DNA of 35,996 bases from Bigelowiella natans CCMP2755 (taxonomy: Eukaryota > Protista > Cercozoa), in NCBI GenBank assembly GCA_000320545.1, contig ADNK01000198.1:1-35996 (forward strand), given 5' to 3'. Positions 24,167 through 35,702 of this stretch are shown in pieces. Made by a program: the position numbers and the translations under genes. Every line of letters starts with the position of its first letter. Position 1 is the first letter of the stretch. The notes under the pieces are model-generated. The model was not told the origin of the DNA and made no database searches. It saw only the letters and a program-made list of their open reading frames with translations.

Positions 24167-25808
24167 CAAATATAAGACGAAGAAGGAGCATAACGCTTTC
24201 TTCACGTCATCACCAAGATCTTCATTCCATCGTGTTTTCGCTGGTGGTTCATCTCCTACTACACCTCTACGGTCCTCCTCCTCGTCGTGGGTGCTGCTCG
24301 ACAAAGAAGACTGCGACAAGGAGGAGGAGGAGGACGACGACGACGACGATAACGATAACGACAATAAACAACAACAACAACAACAGAAAAAGAAGAAGAA
24401 AAAGAGGAAGGGGGCAGAGGAGGAGGATGAGAAGGACGAAGAACCGGAGGAGGACGACGAGGAGGAGGAGGAGGATATTGAGGGAAAAGACAACAATGAA
24501 GTGTCAGCAGCAGCCTCGGTTGTACTACTCACTCATGATAAGAGGAGCACACATATAGTATATATACATGTATATTTATATAGATCTGTGGCTGTATTTT
24601 ACATAACCTCTATCTATCTATCTATCTATCACAATGTATTAGCAGGAGGGAAAAGCCGGCTCTCCTTCTTCTTCTTCTTCTTCTTCTTCCTCCATCATCA
24701 CTACAGAACGTCGAACCTACACTACACGTCGTTTGAGCAGCACGAAAAGAGGAAGAAAAGAAAAGGGAAAGAGTAGAACAAGGATAAATGCTCATGCAGG
24801 CCCCGTAGTAGTAAAGCCCATATTACGTTCAGTTCTCGAGACAACAACTCTCAATCGGAGCTTTTGGACAAAACGGAAGAAGACTGACATAATGATGATG
24901 CAGCACCAAGTGGTAATACTACTATTAATGTCAAATGAAGAATATATGCATTCATGCTACCATTTTCACTCACTACTACTACTACTACTAATACTACTAC
25001 TACTAATACTAGGGCTCTGGCACTGCGACATGGATTTGCCCGATTTGTGAGCTGAGCAACTCATACGATGATGACGACGATGATGCTACGGGGAGTAGTA
25101 GTGGTGGTGTAGTGTTCTGCATGAGATGCAGTGCTAGGTGCCCTGTTAATGTAAGGAATACGCTTGAGAAGGAAAAAAAGAAGAGGAAAAACAGGAAGAA
25201 CAAGATGCTACTAAAGGTGATAATCAAGAAGGAAAATGATGATGAATCAGAGGCGACTATAGGAAGAATAGGAGGAGGAGGAGGAGGCTCAATAGTAGCT
25301 GTAGCAGTACTAATACGTCTGATGGTGATAATAACCTTGATACGACTCCTTTTGCCCATTATCTCCCTCATCTCTCTCTTAATCAACAGACGACAAAACA
25401 GAATGCTGATGATGGTCATGGCCATGGCGCAGTCAATCGTCCCGACGGAAGAGAAGCGAATCTATTCGAAAAAGAACAAGATGATGACGAGAAGAAACTA
25501 CATCATAGACGACGACGAAGTGTTTGTGAGGTGGAGGATGTGAAGCAGAATATAGAAGAAGAAGAAGAAGAAGAAGAAGAAGAAGACGATGAGAGTGCCA
25601 CAGATTACTGTAACGAAGATACAAAACGGATTATGAGAAAGCGCAAAGGAAGGCCAGCGACAAATAACAAGAACAACAACAAAAAGAACAACAAGAAGAG
25701 AATCAACCACCGGCAAGAGCAGCATCAAAACCTACAAAGACCTCCCAGCACGGTGGCAGCAGGAAACGATTTTTCATCATCGGTTGGTTATTGTCACGAA
25801 AGAGGAGG

Positions 25809-25840
<32 letters not shown>

Positions 25841-25845
25841 CCATT

Positions 25846-25876
<31 letters not shown>

Positions 25877-26154
25877 CCATCATGTTCATCTTCTTCTTCA
25901 TCTTGATGATCTATATTTGTAATATATTGTTGATTTGTTGTTAATAGGATTTCTGCGAGCAGCAGCAGCAGCTACAGGATGGAGACCATATTCGTGTGAC
26001 GTGGGATGACGAGGGGACCTTTGACTGTATCCTGCATGCCCGAGAAAAAAGAGTAGGAGGAGGAGGAGGAGGAGGAGGAGGAGGACCACCGAACAATGAC
26101 GAGGAGAAGGAGAAAGGAGACTGCTGGTACGTACGTACATACTTCTAGTGGATA

Positions 26155-26190
<36 letters not shown>

Positions 26191-26245
26191 AGGTAGTAGT
26201 AGAAAAGGAGGAGGAGGAGGAGGAGGAATTAGTACAGAAGTTTCC

Positions 26246-26280
<35 letters not shown>

Positions 26281-27378
26281 CTCGTGATGATAAATACGGG
26301 TAAATGATCATGTTGATCTATCGTGTCGTATCGTATGATGTCATATATCTATCTATCTATCCTCCTCCTCCTCCTCCATATTATTATTATTTGGAGTAGT
26401 AATCCAAATAATACCTGTCCTCCTTGCCATCATTGTATCATCATCATCAGCAGCAGCAGCAACAACAACATGGTTGCTTGGTTGCTTCTTTTTTGTCTTC
26501 AAGTGAAGAGTCGCCTTGTCCTCAATATTAGTAGTTCCGACTACTACTACTTACTACTGCTACCACCATACATACATACATTCATACATTCATTCATTCA
26601 TCGATCCATCCATCCATCTTCCAGGTGCGTGACTTCACTGGATGGACGGTTTAAGGAGGTAATTCCTTTCGATACAGAGGAGGACAGCTGGGAGCTTATA
26701 GCAGCAGCAGCATCAGCAGCAGCAACAGCAGCTCAAAGAAGAAGAAGAAGAAAAAGAAGAAGAAGAGGAGGAGGGGGAAAGGCCACCGATAAGAAGAAAA
26801 AGAGAATTGCTAATAACATTGATCAAAGAGGAGGAAGAGGTGTCCCGAAGGAGAAGACCACGACGAATCGCAAGCAAAATAGCCAAGAATCATCGTCATC
26901 TTCTTCTTCCTCCAAGGAGGGAGGGGGAAGAGATAACAGCAGCCAAATCCAAGTGGTGGCCAGGAGGAGGCAGCAAGAGAAAAATAGTACAGGTAGCAGT
27001 GTAAAGACAACGAAACAAGCTATGGAGGAGGAGGAGAATGAGAAAACCAATGAGAATAACAATATTAGGAGTAGTAGTAGGAGAACCAACCCCCCCTCCT
27101 CTATCCCGCTGCTACCTCCACCACCACCGATTACATTTGAAGACAAGCAACAATTATTCCAAGAAATACATCAACTTCCCACTGGAGCCCTTGACGACGT
27201 AATTATAATTATAACAATATATATAATAGTAATAACTATTACTTCAAAGCTTTATGAAGGTTAGAGAAAAGAAAAAAGAAGAAGAAGAAGAAGAAGAAGA
27301 AGAAGAAGAGACTGATTAAAGTAGCAGTAATAGACCTTATTTTTGTAATCTATTTGTCCATTACAACAACAACACAGC

Positions 27379-27415
<37 letters not shown>

Positions 27416-27434
27416 CTAGACATGCTCTCCTGGG

Positions 27435-27467
<33 letters not shown>

Positions 27468-27807
27468 TCACCTAAGATATAACATAAACCCCCCTCAAGA
27501 CATTCTATTCTCTTCCCTCTTTACGTTGAAACTACTACTACTACTACTACTGATGATGATGATGATGATGATGATGCTCATTTCCATTCTGAATGAAAGA
27601 AGAAGAGAGATAATACAGCTAGATACGGGATGATAACATCACCAACTTGTGAGCAGAAAGATGATGATGACGATGATGATGATGATGATGAGGAGGAGGA
27701 GGAGGAGGAGGAGGAGGAATCCATATCAGTTTAATTCCAATCTCGTTGTGTCTAAGTAGGAAAGGGAGGGGTGGCACATGGACAATATCCCTTCTTCCTC
27801 CTTCTTC

Positions 27808-27850
<43 letters not shown>

Positions 27851-28287
27851 TTTTTCTCCTCCTCCTCCTACCTCCCTCCCCCCTTACTGACTTAATCTGG
27901 CTCTGTTTGTTCTCTTTCTCTTTCTCTTTGTCTTCTAGGTGGTAAAGGTAATCCAAAAGTTCCATCCTCACAGTTTGATGCAGGACAAGGGAGATGTATC
28001 CTCAAAGACACCTAACGGCGAAGTAGAGATCGATATTGGACTGTTGAGCAATCAGTGCTTGTGGGAGCTACAGCGCTTGATTGCCGCTGTGCGTCTTGAT
28101 AAACTAGAACCGAAGGTGCTACTACTAGTTGCACATATTGTGTGTGCGCGTGTGCAGTCCCTCCTCCATCATCATCATCATGGCTATTAGTTTTTGTGGT
28201 TGTTTGGTTGAGTGTGTGCTGCTCCTACTGCTGCTGTTGCTGGTGGTGGTGCTGCTGCTGCTGCAGATGGAAAGAGGCGATTGTAAG

Positions 28288-28325
<38 letters not shown>

Positions 28326-28929
28326 GTAGAACAATCCTGGATGATAAACAAAGTAAAGGAGGAGGACAAACAGTCATAAAAGACTACATAATCCTACCCG
28401 CTCATTGAAATGCGTGCACATTTATCAATATCATTATTATTATTAATATCATTATTGTTTATTACATTGTTGTTTTTGTTGTTGTCTTTGTTGTGTTCTT
28501 CTTCCACAAGGTTGGTATGCATCTTACCGTATGGTTTTCAAAACCTCCCAAGTGGTTCGGTGGGTGTATAAAGCAGGTACTTGCTTCTTCTTTTCATTTC
28601 GCAAAAAAAGGATGCCAACGTTTAGCGGCAGAAATATAATTTTGCTCAGCTAATGATATTGTCATGGCTCTCACCTGGAGAACCTATAGAAGTAGTTGAG
28701 AATTACCAAAGATATTCGGTGCGATGTATAATATCGTGTTGCTACCCTACGGAATGATTACTATATTCATTATGTAATAGAGAAAAGTGCTCTTTTGACA
28801 GCAGATTGTCTGCTGATGTAGCCCTAGCTTCAACTGTGCTCTATAAGAAAGAATATACTACCAAAAGGTATCCAAGATATCGGAAGAGAGCTGGAAATTG
28901 ACGATTGCTTATTATGACGAAGAAGAGGA

Positions 28930-28969
<40 letters not shown>

Positions 28970-29303
28970 GCATATGGTGAGAACAGGCAGTGTTGTGTCG
29001 GGGTGTGTGAATATTTTATACCGAAATTTGTAGGATTTTTTGCTCATTTGGCCATGAACACCATTTGAACAACATCATCTAGTCTTTTCTGCAGCATGGT
29101 GCCAACGTAGTAACATCAACAATAATCATTGCCATTAATGACAGGACAGGTTCTTAAAAAAGAGGAATTCTTTTAAATGAAAAAAATTGAAGATTCTCTA
29201 AAATAAAAGATTTGATGCATTTTATCATATATCTTAGGTCACAGTCTACCCAGATCCTGATGGGCACATCATTTTAAAAAGACAAGCACCCAAGCAGCTC
29301 TAA
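16218..29303 (+). CDS. Large multidomain BET-like chromatin reader: LRR, 2 bromodomains, RanBP2-type ZnF, Tudor-like, ET, Tudor-like
   Basis: Phase-consistent exon chain including 16634-16726, 16833-16861, 16967-17003, 17091-17126, 17202-17262, 17397-17551, 17671-17952, 18042-18561, 18867-18952, 19128-19552, 19858-19989, 20127-20318, 20480-20596, 21057-21203, 21550-21663, 21806-22009, 22207-23778, 25948-26126, 26625-27198, 27939-28115, 28511-28576, 28868-28930 and 29238-29303 (TAA). The start codon and the LRR-to-bromodomain junction are inferred. Confidence 0.7.
18460..19530 (+). other. RI-like (ribonuclease inhibitor/RanGAP-type) leucine-rich repeats
   Basis: LRAIDLRENNITDAGA, LEELLLSHNLMRDAGG, VRSIDLAFNSITEKGA and LHTFDLSENHV match LxxLxLxxNxIxxxG. 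Confidence 0.85.
19940..20570 (+). other. Bromodomain 1 (non-canonical)
   Basis: CSAIIDILCNHKLAR|YFL...QPIYLDMIRDGVEQGKYWHETDVFAALR|QCFEDALSFYKRGSAEHKAAGRLSQLLE. Confidence 0.75.
21100..21905 (+). other. Bromodomain 2 (canonical, WPF shelf and conserved Asn)
   Basis: VWPFINPIDVDALK|IPRYLEIVKTPICLEDVRRNLNDGVYQTLDKLLLDVER|VFENAMSFNHKKTRYFKDA. Confidence 0.9.
25031..25144 (+). other. RanBP2/NZF-type zinc finger with an acidic insertion
   Basis: WICPICELSN-(loop)-CMRCSARCP fits W-x-C-x2-C-x3-N...C-x2-C. Confidence 0.65.
25970..26700 (+). other. Tudor-like domain 1 (split by intron 26127-26624)
   Basis: LQDGDHIRVTWDDEGTFDCILH...DCW|CVTSLDGRFKEVIPFDTEEDSWELI resembles PDS5-type Tudor domains (G.rI.VwW...DG..E.....WELI). 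Confidence 0.55.
27130..28090 (+). other. ET (extra-terminal) domain
   Basis: ITFEDKQQLFQEIHQLPTGALDD|VVKVIQK...GEVEIDIGLLSNQCLWELQRLI. Confidence 0.9.
28511..29280 (+). other. Tudor-like domain 2 (C-terminal)
   Basis: PK|VGMHLTVWFSKPPKWFGGCIKQ|VSKISEESWKLTIAYYDEEEE|VTVYPDPDGHIILK. Confidence 0.55.
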
Positions 29304-30709
29304 AAGTAGCAAGTTCAGCAGTGCTGAAAATTGAAAGAGACTCAGATGATATTTTTAATACATATCAAAACGTGCTATGATACGTCTCGCTAGATGGTTC
29401 ATTGTCATGAACATTTGGAACGTAATAAAATAAAAACACTGCATCTATGTTGCTCTAGCCGACGGCTTGCAACATGTGCGATGCGATGTACTGGCGGTTA
29501 ATAATAATGCCAATGGTGATTTGCTGAATCCTAGAGTTATAAATTCCACTAAACATCACATCGATAATGAATGTCTAGCTTATTTGTGCCGATGTGCCAT
29601 ACGCACAGCAACTCGGCTACGCTTGCTAGCTTGTGATCTGCCACATTGAACATACTAAAGAATCTGGCTTCGATTTCGCGGTCGACGCAGTGCTCCCAGC
29701 ATGCAGCTGTAGTGTGACAAGGGCCATGACTTGCTACATGTTCGATTGCATTATTTGACTTGCCAAGTATGTTATTGCACGTCGTCGCTGCCGAACATTG
29801 CACAAAATAAGTTTGAATAAGGCTCATTAGCTCGCCATAGATTAATGTTGCACACAGGCGCGGTGCACATCTAGATCGACATCATGAGCTAAGCAATCGA
29901 CTAAACATCGCTAGATCAGCTCTCATGCTAGCATGCTGCGCTGCAGTTTAGCTAGCTAGATGCTCATGTTCTGGATCTGCTAGATTTGCATGCCCTGTGC
30001 ACGTGTGTTGCTTCCTATGCAGCTTCCTCTAGTCCTCCCACTGGCACGCACAGCATTTCCAGACTTCGGACATGAATGAAGCGATCGAAAGTGAGCAAAA
30101 ACTAAATCTTTCATCAGAGCAGCAATGGACGTTCGGCGTCAACACTATTTGCACTTGCTGTGGATGTAGCGGATTCATTGCAATGAGTTGCAGCAGCTCT
30201 GAAGCGCACACAGGAAAGAGCACCGCCATCCAATTCAACAAATCGTGTGCAGTAATCTATGAATATTTAATTCGTGCGTGTTCTTATGACTCTGCTCACG
30301 ACGGATGAATCGTTTTACTTCTCCCTACTTAGCGTGTATTATCATCATGATAGAGCACTGTCCCTCCACTGTGCTAGCGGCTGTATCATATCTATAAATG
30401 TCGAGCATCATGCTATGAACATACCCATACCGACGGGCGGATACTCACCAAAATGGGGGACAAGGAAGGCAACTTTATCAGTTGATGTGCTATTATTTAC
30501 TGATCTGTATGTTTCTGCGGCCTTAGATGTTCCTCTTCCAAATGAGCGAATCAAGTAATATTCCAGATGCCTATTATCATTGTCGCATCTACGGCAACCA
30601 CTACTTCCACTTGACTACCACTACTACTGCTGCTACTATGTTGTTCCTATCATCGTCACGTATTGCAGCTGCTGACTCAATAGTTGATGGAACTACGGTT
30701 GGACTGCGT
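29304..30709. other. Second convergent-gene spacer with the same composition
   Basis: Shares exact 12-16-mers with 10065-11300. Confidence 0.7.
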
Positions 30710-30744
30710 TCAGCATGCACAACCCCTGTAAAATATATAAAAGA

Positions 30745-30780
<36 letters not shown>

Positions 30781-30952
30781 CCAAAGAAAGAGAGAAAGAC
30801 GGTTGAATGTATTAGACAAAGTACACTGCTAATGCGAAGAAGTTGGCCGGAACACGAACCACTTTGTATATATACAAATCGATCAGAAACCTCGTCTGTA
30901 GTCTTGCATTCATTTGCATTTTGAAAACTCGAAAATAAGAACGATGAGAGGA

Positions 30953-30997
<45 letters not shown>

Positions 30998-32006
30998 TGT
31001 TGAGATAATACTTATTATTATTTGTACTACTTTCCGCCTCCTCCTGTGTTGCATCTGCACGTATCAGTTGTCGATGGGGCTAAGCGCCGAACCGACTCAT
31101 CAATCTCTAATCCACGGGAAGTCTAAGAAACATCACTCATCAATCTCTAATCCTCGGGAAGTCTAAGAAACATTACACGTCTTACGTCGTAAGAACAATA
31201 AAGGAGAAGTACCATTACGTTTAGGCATACAGATATAAGTACAAATCTAGCCACTTCAGTCCAAACTAAAACTACTACCACTACCACTACCACTACCACT
31301 ACCACTACCTTGAGAATCTCCTCCACAAGTGACGCAAATGCTTCATCCACATTAGCACCTACAATCATGCAAAGAGGGACGAAATTAAGAGTAGAAAGAG
31401 GATGGGAATTAGTGAGAATTCTTATTAGTGTGAAAATAATGCCATAGTTATTCCAAGGTCATTATCTTGATCATCACACTACTACTAACTACCTGTGTTG
31501 GCGGAGGTCTCGAAGTAAAGCGAATGTTGGTTTTGAGCCAACTCTTTTCCTTCTTCAGTGCTAACCTATGGAGAAGGCCGGTGACGAGAATCATCAAGAT
31601 TGGAAGGCTTTCAATAAACATTTCGAGCTGACTAATTAAGGTAAGGCGGGAGGGGGGTTGAGGGGGGAAGAGATTGTTCGAGACCCTTTTGGGACGGACC
31701 GCATTTTATATAAACGTGGACGATCATCTCACGCACACGCACACGCACACAAAGTAAGTATGAGGGTCTTGACGCATGTAAAAGGGTGTTAGTGATACTT
31801 GTTGCAAGATATTGAAAAGAAGAGATTGAGCAGTGTACTGTTGGACGCATTGGATAGTTCTCTTGTACAACTAGAGATGCTGCTGCTGGTATTACTACTA
31901 CTGCTACTACTACTTTTCGGTCCAAATCCGCCTTGTTTCCTACAATGGCGAAAGCCACTCCATCTACAAACTTGCAAGCCTCTTCTATCCTGCAAGTGCA
32001 GAAGTA

Positions 32007-32039
<33 letters not shown>

Positions 32040-33063
32040 TAATTAATAACGATGGTGGCTTTCCGACAATCCAGTTTCGATAAATAATAATACGTGGTTT
32101 TAAGTGCCATGTTGGTCATCATGGCCATTAAATTGAACAACAACAGCAGAAACGAAAACAACAACAACAATAAGAACAACGTATAGAAGAAGGTTTTTGC
32201 ATCTTTATGTCGTTCGAAGCTCCATCTACAGACAACAACATCCTCCCTTGAATGGTAGCAGAAATCATCCTACCATTTAGTGACTCGATCAAATGAGGAA
32301 GGAACCGTGACATCGTACACAACCTGATGGTTATAATCTTAATAATAATGAAGACGGTCATGAAAAATGGGCGTGCATATTGCTGTTTCAGGTGGTATTG
32401 CTCGAATGCTGACCATGATGCCTCGAGCCCCCCGGTAGTAACTCGATGTTATCGTACGGAACCGTTCTTGCCCCGCTGAATAATATGATTTGGATTTTAT
32501 TTGTGAATCTACTACTTGGTATTGTTGAGAATACTGGTGTAAACAACTACCATGCGTCTACTACTACCACCACTACTACTTTAACACCACTACTACTACT
32601 ACCACTACCCGTGTCCCATATCATAAGCTTTAGATTTCTCCCTTTGACTTTCACCGCTTTTGCTTTGAAGTCAACGCCTATCGAGTCAAGGAATAAGGAA
32701 AATATGGTTATAGTATTTGGAAGCGAAGTTGCGAAAAATGCATTGATGATAACATGATTGGTAGCTGTAACACAATAATCCCCCTTTACCTATTGTGGAC
32801 ACGAAGGAAGTGCTGAATACATCATCTACGTAACGCGAAAGCAGAGAAGTTTTCTGGAAAATATACGAAAGGGAGTCAGAACAATGGTAGGTGTTATTTT
32901 TACTTAGAAAGTCGCAAGCTTCTTTTTCCCCCCCTCGTCACCATTCATTCACGACAAATCCTCTATACATTTTAGTTCGTTTGACCCCTACGCCGCTGTC
33001 TCCTATGAGTACGATCTTAGCCAGATATGTAGGGTCTTCTTCATCTTGGACAGGGTCCTCCAT
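30710..33063 (-). CDS. Rab small GTPase (Rab1/Rab8/Rab18-like)
   Basis: KIVLIGDSGVG|KTSLL...STIG|VDFK...IWDT|AGQERFRTITSSYYRGA...VVYDVT...VGNKADL...YFETSA...NVDEAF. The final exon 30725-30710 gives the C-terminus GGGGKGCAC* (CxC prenylation motif). The gene may extend 5' of ATG 33063. Confidence 0.93.
31095..31173. repeat. Tandem 40-bp duplication spanning a Rab 3' splice site
   Basis: actcatcaatctctaatcc(a/t)cgggaagtctaagaaacat occurs at 31095 and 31135 with one mismatch. Confidence 0.95.
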
Positions 33064-33987
33064 TACAGCATCTATCCCCCTCCCTACTCGTCGTTGCACT
33101 TCGTCTCTTCCTTTATTCTTCTCGGCAATAAATGAGGCTTGAAACTGGGCTTTCAACTTGTTGTCAATGATAGGCAAAAAGTAATCGGAAATACTTCTAA
33201 GAATTAGAACGAATCGAACTCACTCAGAGACAAAAACTCAGAGGCAACGTTCAGTCTCCTTGTTTCCATCCGCAACCGAGACTACTACCACTACGAGACA
33301 ACGGATGTTCTTCGTTACTTGAGACATGGGGAAATAGCTTGTCGCAGGGTGAAAATCTGGATCTTTTCTTTCACTATTCTTCTCCGACCCTGGGCCGGTC
33401 TTCGGAAGCCTGATCATCGCTTCAGTCCTGTTGATGCTACGATCGTACATCGGTGGTGCATCGCTTGATAGGTAAATTATGATAATCGATGAATGCTGAA
33501 CTTTCATCTTCTAAGAAAGCACATGCATCTACAAGACAAACTTCGTTCGTCGAATGCGTTTGCCTGGTCGCAACAATGCATTGTGCACGTGGCGACGAAG
33601 GACAAGCTAGTGCGGATGGACAAAGATGCGATGTTCAATTTTTTCAACAACAATGTTCTAAATGTTCACTATCTTACTCAATTATTATTCCGTTAATTCT
33701 CCAGCTCTAGAAGAGAAATTTGCATTGTTGCATGTTTTCCCGCCCATTAGTATATAACAGCTTGCAAGGAAAACAGCCACCAGTTTGGCGCTCACATAGC
33801 TAGATGCAAGCATGTGGTCACTTATTTGTTAGCAAAAGTAAATGGTCGGAGTTTTAGCGCAAAAAATGTCATCAAATTTTTTTTTATTCCAATCCTTTCA
33901 TTTTGTGCCATACATTTAAGATCTTTTTTTCGGGCTTCACAGGAGAAAAACTTTTTCCGGTATTTAAAAAGAACATTAGATATATAC

Positions 33988-34071
<84 letters not shown>

Positions 34072-34142
34072 GGGGGGGGGGCTTTGCATCAACAAGAAGT
34101 GCGTATGTGCATTTCTAAGTACACATTTGTAATTATAGCACC

Positions 34143-34529
34143 TCAATATTGACGCATAATTCTTTCGGAAGAGTGTTAAGCTCTACCGCTGAAGAATGAG
34201 GCAGGGGGTTAGAAATGTAGGTACGGGAGAATATATTTTTCGCTGCATTCTTTAAGAACACGTTTGAGTTATTCTACAGGTTAAAGATGAGGTTGGAAGA
34301 TACACATATAACAGCTCGATGTAACTACGTACATATCAAACTTAGCAGCAGTCAAAAAATAAAGGCAAATGAATACAAATCGCCACATACTTAACAACCC
34401 CAACAGCACCATCACCTCCATGATCACAAACTACCACTATTGTACGACATGAAAATACCCTTCCATTGCTCCAGAGATTCTTTAAACAGTTTCAATGCAT
34501 CTGTTTTATAATTCAACACGTTTATTCTA

Positions 34530-34607
<78 letters not shown>

Positions 34608-34623
34608 CACTACAGACACCTAT

Positions 34624-34662
<39 letters not shown>

Positions 34663-35553
34663 CATATACAATTGTACTAGGAATAGGTAACTACTATATT
34701 GTATGTATGCAGATTATATATGTGCATTATTATGTAAACAATATTGAGGTAAGGGGTAACACCATCGAATCGGAGCTCATTGTCGGCATTCTCTGCTTGC
34801 TGCATTGACGCCGCAGCCATCTTTACTTGAACCTTCAACGATCATCAGCAACAGAGGAATGTAAACAGATATTTTATTAGTCTTCTGGCTGTTCTTGACA
34901 TTCATGAGATAGATCACCATGCTGCCAGATTTTTTGAGCGTTTCGGCCTTTAGCATGGTCTTTATAGCCTCTGCACGGTCCATCACCTACGATTTGGTGA
35001 AAATACTCATGATATTGACGATGCCAGAATAGCTCATTGGGAAACAATGCATGCGCGATGACACCGCTTGCCAATTAATCCAGTGATTACGTGTCTCCTT
35101 TAGAGCTACTGTTTTTCCATTTTTCGAATGATTCATACGACTCCTCGTTTTCCTCTTCTTATCGTGAACATCGTCTTCGCATTCCCATTTCATTATCACC
35201 TGGAGGCATTTCTTCGTTACGACAGAAGATCGCTGATTTCTAGTATCGTATTTCCTGCCTAATGTGACGACATGCAGAGATGAAAGGAAAAGTAGCTTAA
35301 CAATAAGATATTATTGTTGGGAGGTGGTCATTTATGACAGCTTTGCTGAAGATGTTACCTTTAAGAAAATCTTGTAGGCCTTCTTTATACTGTTCTAATG
35401 CCTGGGCTAACTTTTCCGTGCTATTCCCCTTTTATTATCATATCATCAGACAAAAATAGCTATTCTTTGAACAATGTTCTTCTTGCTCTTTTATTTTCAT
35501 TTACATACAGCCTTGCGATCAATCCGGATTGCCGCTGCAATAGTGCCTGCACC
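34143..35553 (-). CDS. Tandem MIT-domain protein (Vps4-like MIT), partial
   Basis: Exons 35553-35509, 35428-35359, 35258-35200 and 34986-~34918 give GAGTIAAAIRIDRKA|GNSTEKLAQALEQYKEGLQDFLK|GRKYDTRNQRSSVVTKKCLQ|VMDRAEAIKTMLK, a three-helix MIT pattern with RAE.iK. A second similar repeat follows (AENADNELRFD|DALKLFKESLEQW). The 5' end is lost at the palindrome and the 3' end is unresolved. Confidence 0.65.
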
Positions 35554-35644
35554 CTACTCAATAGTCATAACCGAAACATATACACATAAAGAAGAAGGGA
35601 GGGGGGAGGGGGGGAATAGAGAGAGGCGCGTTGAATATATACAA

Positions 35645-35702
<58 letters not shown>

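Larger units (their letters stand above)
590..35700. repeat. Pervasive microsatellites ((TAG)n, (GAA)n, (CAT)n, (GGA)n, (CAA)n, (CAG)n, (GA)n, (CA)n, (AT)n), mostly intronic or encoding homopolymer runs
   Basis: Directly visible, e.g. 595-630, 948-981, 2933-2992, 3570-3625, 7250-7318, 33990-34065. Confidence 0.98.
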
